NCBI GenBank assembly: GCA_965214405.1
Contig: OZ243956.1
Coordinates: forward strand, 32,001 to 96,000
Source of the DNA: Trueperaceae bacterium
Lineage (GTDB): Bacteria > Deinococcota > Deinococci > Deinococcales > Trueperaceae
Reading direction: 5' to 3'
DNA length: 64,000 nt
Below are positions 61,007-64,000 of the stretch, piece by piece. The notes under the pieces were generated by a model. It saw only the letters and a program-made list of their open reading frames with translations, did no database searches and was not told the origin of the DNA. Every line of letters begins with the position of its first letter. Position 1 is the first letter of the stretch. The translations under genes and the position numbers were made by a program.

Positions 61007-61038
61007 CGTCACTACATGACGCACCCCCCTCTTACACT
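61007..61038 (+). promoter_or_regulatory. Cascade operon promoter with palindromic operator
   Basis: CGTCA-CTACA-TGACG-CACCC (19/20 identical to 56840-56859), -10 TACACT 61033-61038, then SD GAAAGGAGG. Confidence 0.65.
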
Positions 61039-61058
61039 GCTTTTGAAAGGAGGCCGAG

Positions 61059-62555
61059 ATGTTTAACCTCATCCATGAACCTTGGCTGCGGGTCGAAAAC
61101 CCAGACGGCTCGCTAGGCCAGGACTCGCTAAAGGGGGTTTTATTAAACGCCCACCGCTACGCGCGGCTGGCCCACCCCTCCCCCGCCGTGCTCCCGGCGC
61201 TGCACCGCTTTCTACTGGCGGTGCTGTACCGGGTACTGGACGAACCACGCAGTACCGATGAAGGGGTTGATTTGTTCAAACAGGGTCGGTTTCCGGCGGA
61301 GCGCGTCGGTGCTTATCTCGAGCACTGGCAAGACCGCTTCGACCTGTTCCACCCTGAAAGGCCCTTTTACCAGGTGCCGGACTCGGAAGATAAGGTGTCA
61401 GGGGTCGCCCGGCTCGCAGCCGAACTCGCCAGCGGCACGAACAAACTCCTCTTCGACCACACCGCGGAGGCCGACCCGCCGGAGTTGACGCACGCCGAAA
61501 TCGCGCAACTGCTCGTGACCCGGCAGATGACCGCCATCCCCGAAGGCGCGGGCTACAGCCCCAGCCCGGCGGGCGGCGCGGCGTTCGTGCTGCCGCAGGG
61601 TCGCAACCTGTTCGAGACGCTGGTGCTCAACCTCGTTCCTTATTCTGAGGAGGAGAACGAGGACGACGCGCCCATTTGGGAAGGGGCTACGCCGAAGAGC
61701 GCGGCGGTAAAAGCCGCCAAGCCGCGCGGCTCGAGAGGGCTTACCGAACGTTACACCTGGCTAACGCGCATCGTTAAGTTGCAAGAACCCGAGGGTGACG
61801 CGCCTGTGTCGGCGCTGCATTATGCGGCAGGCATCAAGTTCGATGGCGGCGACAGCCCCGACCCCATGTTGGCTTACCGCAAAGATGAAAAGCGCGGGCT
61901 CCTCCCGGTATCTTTCAACAAGTACAAGGCGTTCTGGCGGGACTTTCAGGCCCTAATACCCAATCCCGACAGCGGAAGCTACTTAGCGCCCCAGACGGTA
62001 AAACACGCTCGCAACATATATGAAGAATTAGAGCGCACCGACCCCCTCACCTTACTGGTTTCCGGCCTGAGCAATGACAAGGCCAAGGTCGTGCTGTGGC
62101 GTACCGAACAGTTCAACGTGCCGCAGGTCCTCCTTCAAAATCCGGGGGCTTACGCCGAGTTGACGCGGCTGCTCGAGTACGCCGACAACGGCGGGCGCAC
62201 CCTCTACGGCGCGACGCAGCGCTTGGCGGAAAAGTTGCTGAGCATTGGCGAACGTAAACCCGACCCCGCCGACGTTCGCAACCTGGCCGCGAGTTTTCCC
62301 GCCAGTATGCACTACTGGAGCAGGCTCGAGACCCGCTTTCCCGAACTGCTGGAGCGCTTTGAGACTCAGACCTTTGATGAGCGGTTCAGTTGGTGGTTAG
62401 GGCAAATCACCCTTGTAACGCGCGAAGCCTGGGAGCTTGCCTTAAAGAGCGCCGGGGAAAACGAGCGCGCCTGGCGGGCCGGGGCCGAGGCGAGCAAGGT
62501 CATCAACACCCACCTCAAACGCCTGCGCGAACAGACAGCCGAGCCAGCCCCATAG
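61059..62555 (+). CDS. casA: Type I-E Cascade large subunit Cas8e (Cse1/CasA)
   Basis: FNLIHEPWL, LHRFLLAVL, DRFDLFHPERPFYQ, LFDH, G.NLFETL.LNL. Confidence 0.95.
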   Translation: MFNLIHEPWLRVENPDGSLGQDSLKGVLLNAHRYARLAHPSPAVLPALHRFLLAVLYRVLDEPRSTDEGVDLFKQGRFPAERVGAYLEHWQDRFDLFHPERPFYQVPDSEDKVSGVARLAAELASGTNKLLFDHTAEADPPELTHAEIAQLLVTRQMTAIPEGAGYSPSPAGGAAFVLPQGRNLFETLVLNLVPYSEEENEDDAPIWEGATPKSAAVKAAKPRGSRGLTERYTWLTRIVKLQEPEGDAPVSALHYAAGIKFDGGDSPDPMLAYRKDEKRGLLPVSFNKYKAFWRDFQALIPNPDSGSYLAPQTVKHARNIYEELERTDPLTLLVSGLSNDKAKVVLWRTEQFNVPQVLLQNPGAYAELTRLLEYADNGGRTLYGATQRLAEKLLSIGERKPDPADVRNLAASFPASMHYWSRLETRFPELLERFETQTFDERFSWWLGQITLVTREAWELALKSAGENERAWRAGAEASKVINTHLKRLREQTAEPAP

Positions 62556-62563
62556 GAGGCATC

Positions 62564-63154
62564 ATGACAGAAACCGTGACAAACAGCACGACAAACACGC
62601 CCTCGAGCAAACAAGCAGATGTAGCCGAACGCTTCATCAGTCACCTGGACAAACTCAATCCAGCCAAAACGCCGGGAGCCAAGCGGCAACACTTAGCCGA
62701 GCTTAGAAAAAGTCTCAGCTTCGACTTAGGCACGCACGTTCCGGCCTTTCCTTATGTTGAGCCATTTGTAGCAACGCTGGACGAGAGGACAGGCTACTGG
62801 CGACGCGCTATGTTCTACCTCGTCGCGGGGCTCTACGCCTCTCATCCAGAGTCCGCCTCTCAGGGGGGTTTCGGCAAGGCGATGGCGGTTCTTAGTCACA
62901 GACGCGAGAGCGGGAGCCTGGAGAAACGTTTTCTCGCGCTCTTGGCTGCGGAAGAAGCAGGGCAGCTCGTCTACCACTTGCGCCAACTCGTCAGCCTGCT
63001 CAAGGCCGAGGGTGTCGGCCTAAACTACGCAACGCTGCTCCGCGACCTGTTCGGGTGGCAACACCAAGACCGCTATATTCAGCGCCGCTGGGCGGGGCAG
63101 TATTACGGCTTTACCTCCGATGCTCCCGACACCTCCGCCACAAAAGAAACCTAG
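62564..63154 (+). CDS. casB: Type I-E Cascade small subunit Cas11 (Cse2/CasB)
   Basis: [47 protein letters not shown] before ATG 62564. Confidence 0.93.
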   Translation: MTETVTNSTTNTPSSKQADVAERFISHLDKLNPAKTPGAKRQHLAELRKSLSFDLGTHVPAFPYVEPFVATLDERTGYWRRAMFYLVAGLYASHPESASQGGFGKAMAVLSHRRESGSLEKRFLALLAAEEAGQLVYHLRQLVSLLKAEGVGLNYATLLRDLFGWQHQDRYIQRRWAGQYYGFTSDAPDTSATKET

Positions 63155-63165
63155 AAAGGATTCCT

Positions 63166-64000
63166 ATGAAAGCACTTTTAGAAATTCACGCCCTACAAAA
63201 CTTCGCCCCCAGCAACTTGAACCGCGACGACACCGGCAGCCCCAAAGATTGCGAGTTCGGCGGCTACCGCCGCGCCCGCATCAGTTCGCAAAGCCTAAAG
63301 CGGGCCATGCGGACCTACGTTCGCGCCGAGAAGCTTCTTGAGGATGACGCGTTGGCTGTGCGTACCAAGCGCGTAACCGCCGAACTGGTTGGGCAACTTA
63401 AAAAGAAGGGTCGGGACGAGGCCGAAGCTGGCAAGGTGGTCGAACTCGCGTTGGCGGGCCTGTCGCTCAGCGTAGACGAGGGCAAGACGCAGTACCTTCT
63501 CTACCTTGGCAAGAGCGAAATTCGGGACATGGCGAACAGCATTGACGCGTATTGGGACGAACTACTCGAAGCTGTCCCCGCAGAGGATGACAAGAAAAAA
63601 TCAAAAAAGGACGCAAAGGGCAACGTTCCAAAAGACCTCGTTGCCGCTTTGGAAAAAAGCTTAGACGGCGGCAAAGCCGTGGACTTAGCCCTCTTCGGGC
63701 GGATGCTCGCCGACCTGCCCGAGAAAAATCGGGACGCCGCCTGTCAGGTGGCCCACGCCATCAGCACCAACGCGGTGCAACGCGAGTTCGACTTCTATAC
63801 CGCCGTCGACGACCTCAAGCCGGAGGACAACGCGGGCGCGGACATGCTCGGCACGGTTGAATTTAACAGCGCCTGCTATTACCGCTACATTGCGCTCGAC
63901 TTAGAGAAGCTAGCCGCCAACTTGCAGGGCGACGGTGAGCTTTTAGAAAAAGGTCTTAGGGCTTTTCTCGAGGCGAGCTACTTCGCCGCGCCCTCGGGCA
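63166..64000 (+). CDS. cas7: Type I-E Cascade backbone Cas7 (Cse4/CasC), 3' truncated by window edge
   Basis: [70 protein letters not shown]. Confidence 0.96.
   Translation, partial: MKALLEIHALQNFAPSNLNRDDTGSPKDCEFGGYRRARISSQSLKRAMRTYVRAEKLLEDDALAVRTKRVTAELVGQLKKKGRDEAEAGKVVELALAGLSLSVDEGKTQYLLYLGKSEIRDMANSIDAYWDELLEAVPAEDDKKKSKKDAKGNVPKDLVAALEKSLDGGKAVDLALFGRMLADLPEKNRDAACQVAHAISTNAVQREFDFYTAVDDLKPEDNAGADMLGTVEFNSACYYRYIALDLEKLAANLQGDGELLEKGLRAFLEASYFAAPSG

Noticed and set aside
55867..64000. Full CRISPR array, cas5, cas6, cas1, cas2
   Set aside because: Not present in this window; presumably beyond the right edge, so the repeat consensus and PAM cannot be confirmed here

Overview
GC-rich bacterial window, most likely Deinococcota (Trueperaceae-like; inferred from DUF3248/DUF3809-like genes, the tmRNA tag and heavy CTCGAG use). 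It holds three sugar ABC clusters (one with two sulfatases), a MacB/FtsX-type exporter locus with a duplicated permease pair, tmRNA, a SAM-I riboswitch-controlled metY/metY-like/metX operon, a frameshifted MNT-HEPN pair, two IS elements, tRNA-Val(CAC) followed by a Rep-like remnant, mnmE, an ECF sigma/anti-sigma pair and the start of a type I-E CRISPR-Cas locus. The Cas locus is the most interesting part. (1) An HTH-WYL regulator is fused in frame to an intact Cas3. (2) A 20-bp palindromic site occurs both in the fusion linker and in front of cas8e. (3) A RelE/HigB-XRE toxin-antitoxin pair sits between cas3 and Cascade. (4) A single-spacer mini-CRISPR (two degenerate 29-nt I-E repeats, 32-nt spacer) matches 23 of the first 24 nt of an AAG-PAM-flanked site 40 bp downstream of the spacer, and that site overlaps the -35 of a promoter driving a self-terminated 61-aa orphan ORF. 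This looks like a Cascade-guided transcriptional repression module (CreTA/CreR-like) with an unrecognised effector. All calls come from reading motifs by eye; no database searches were run.
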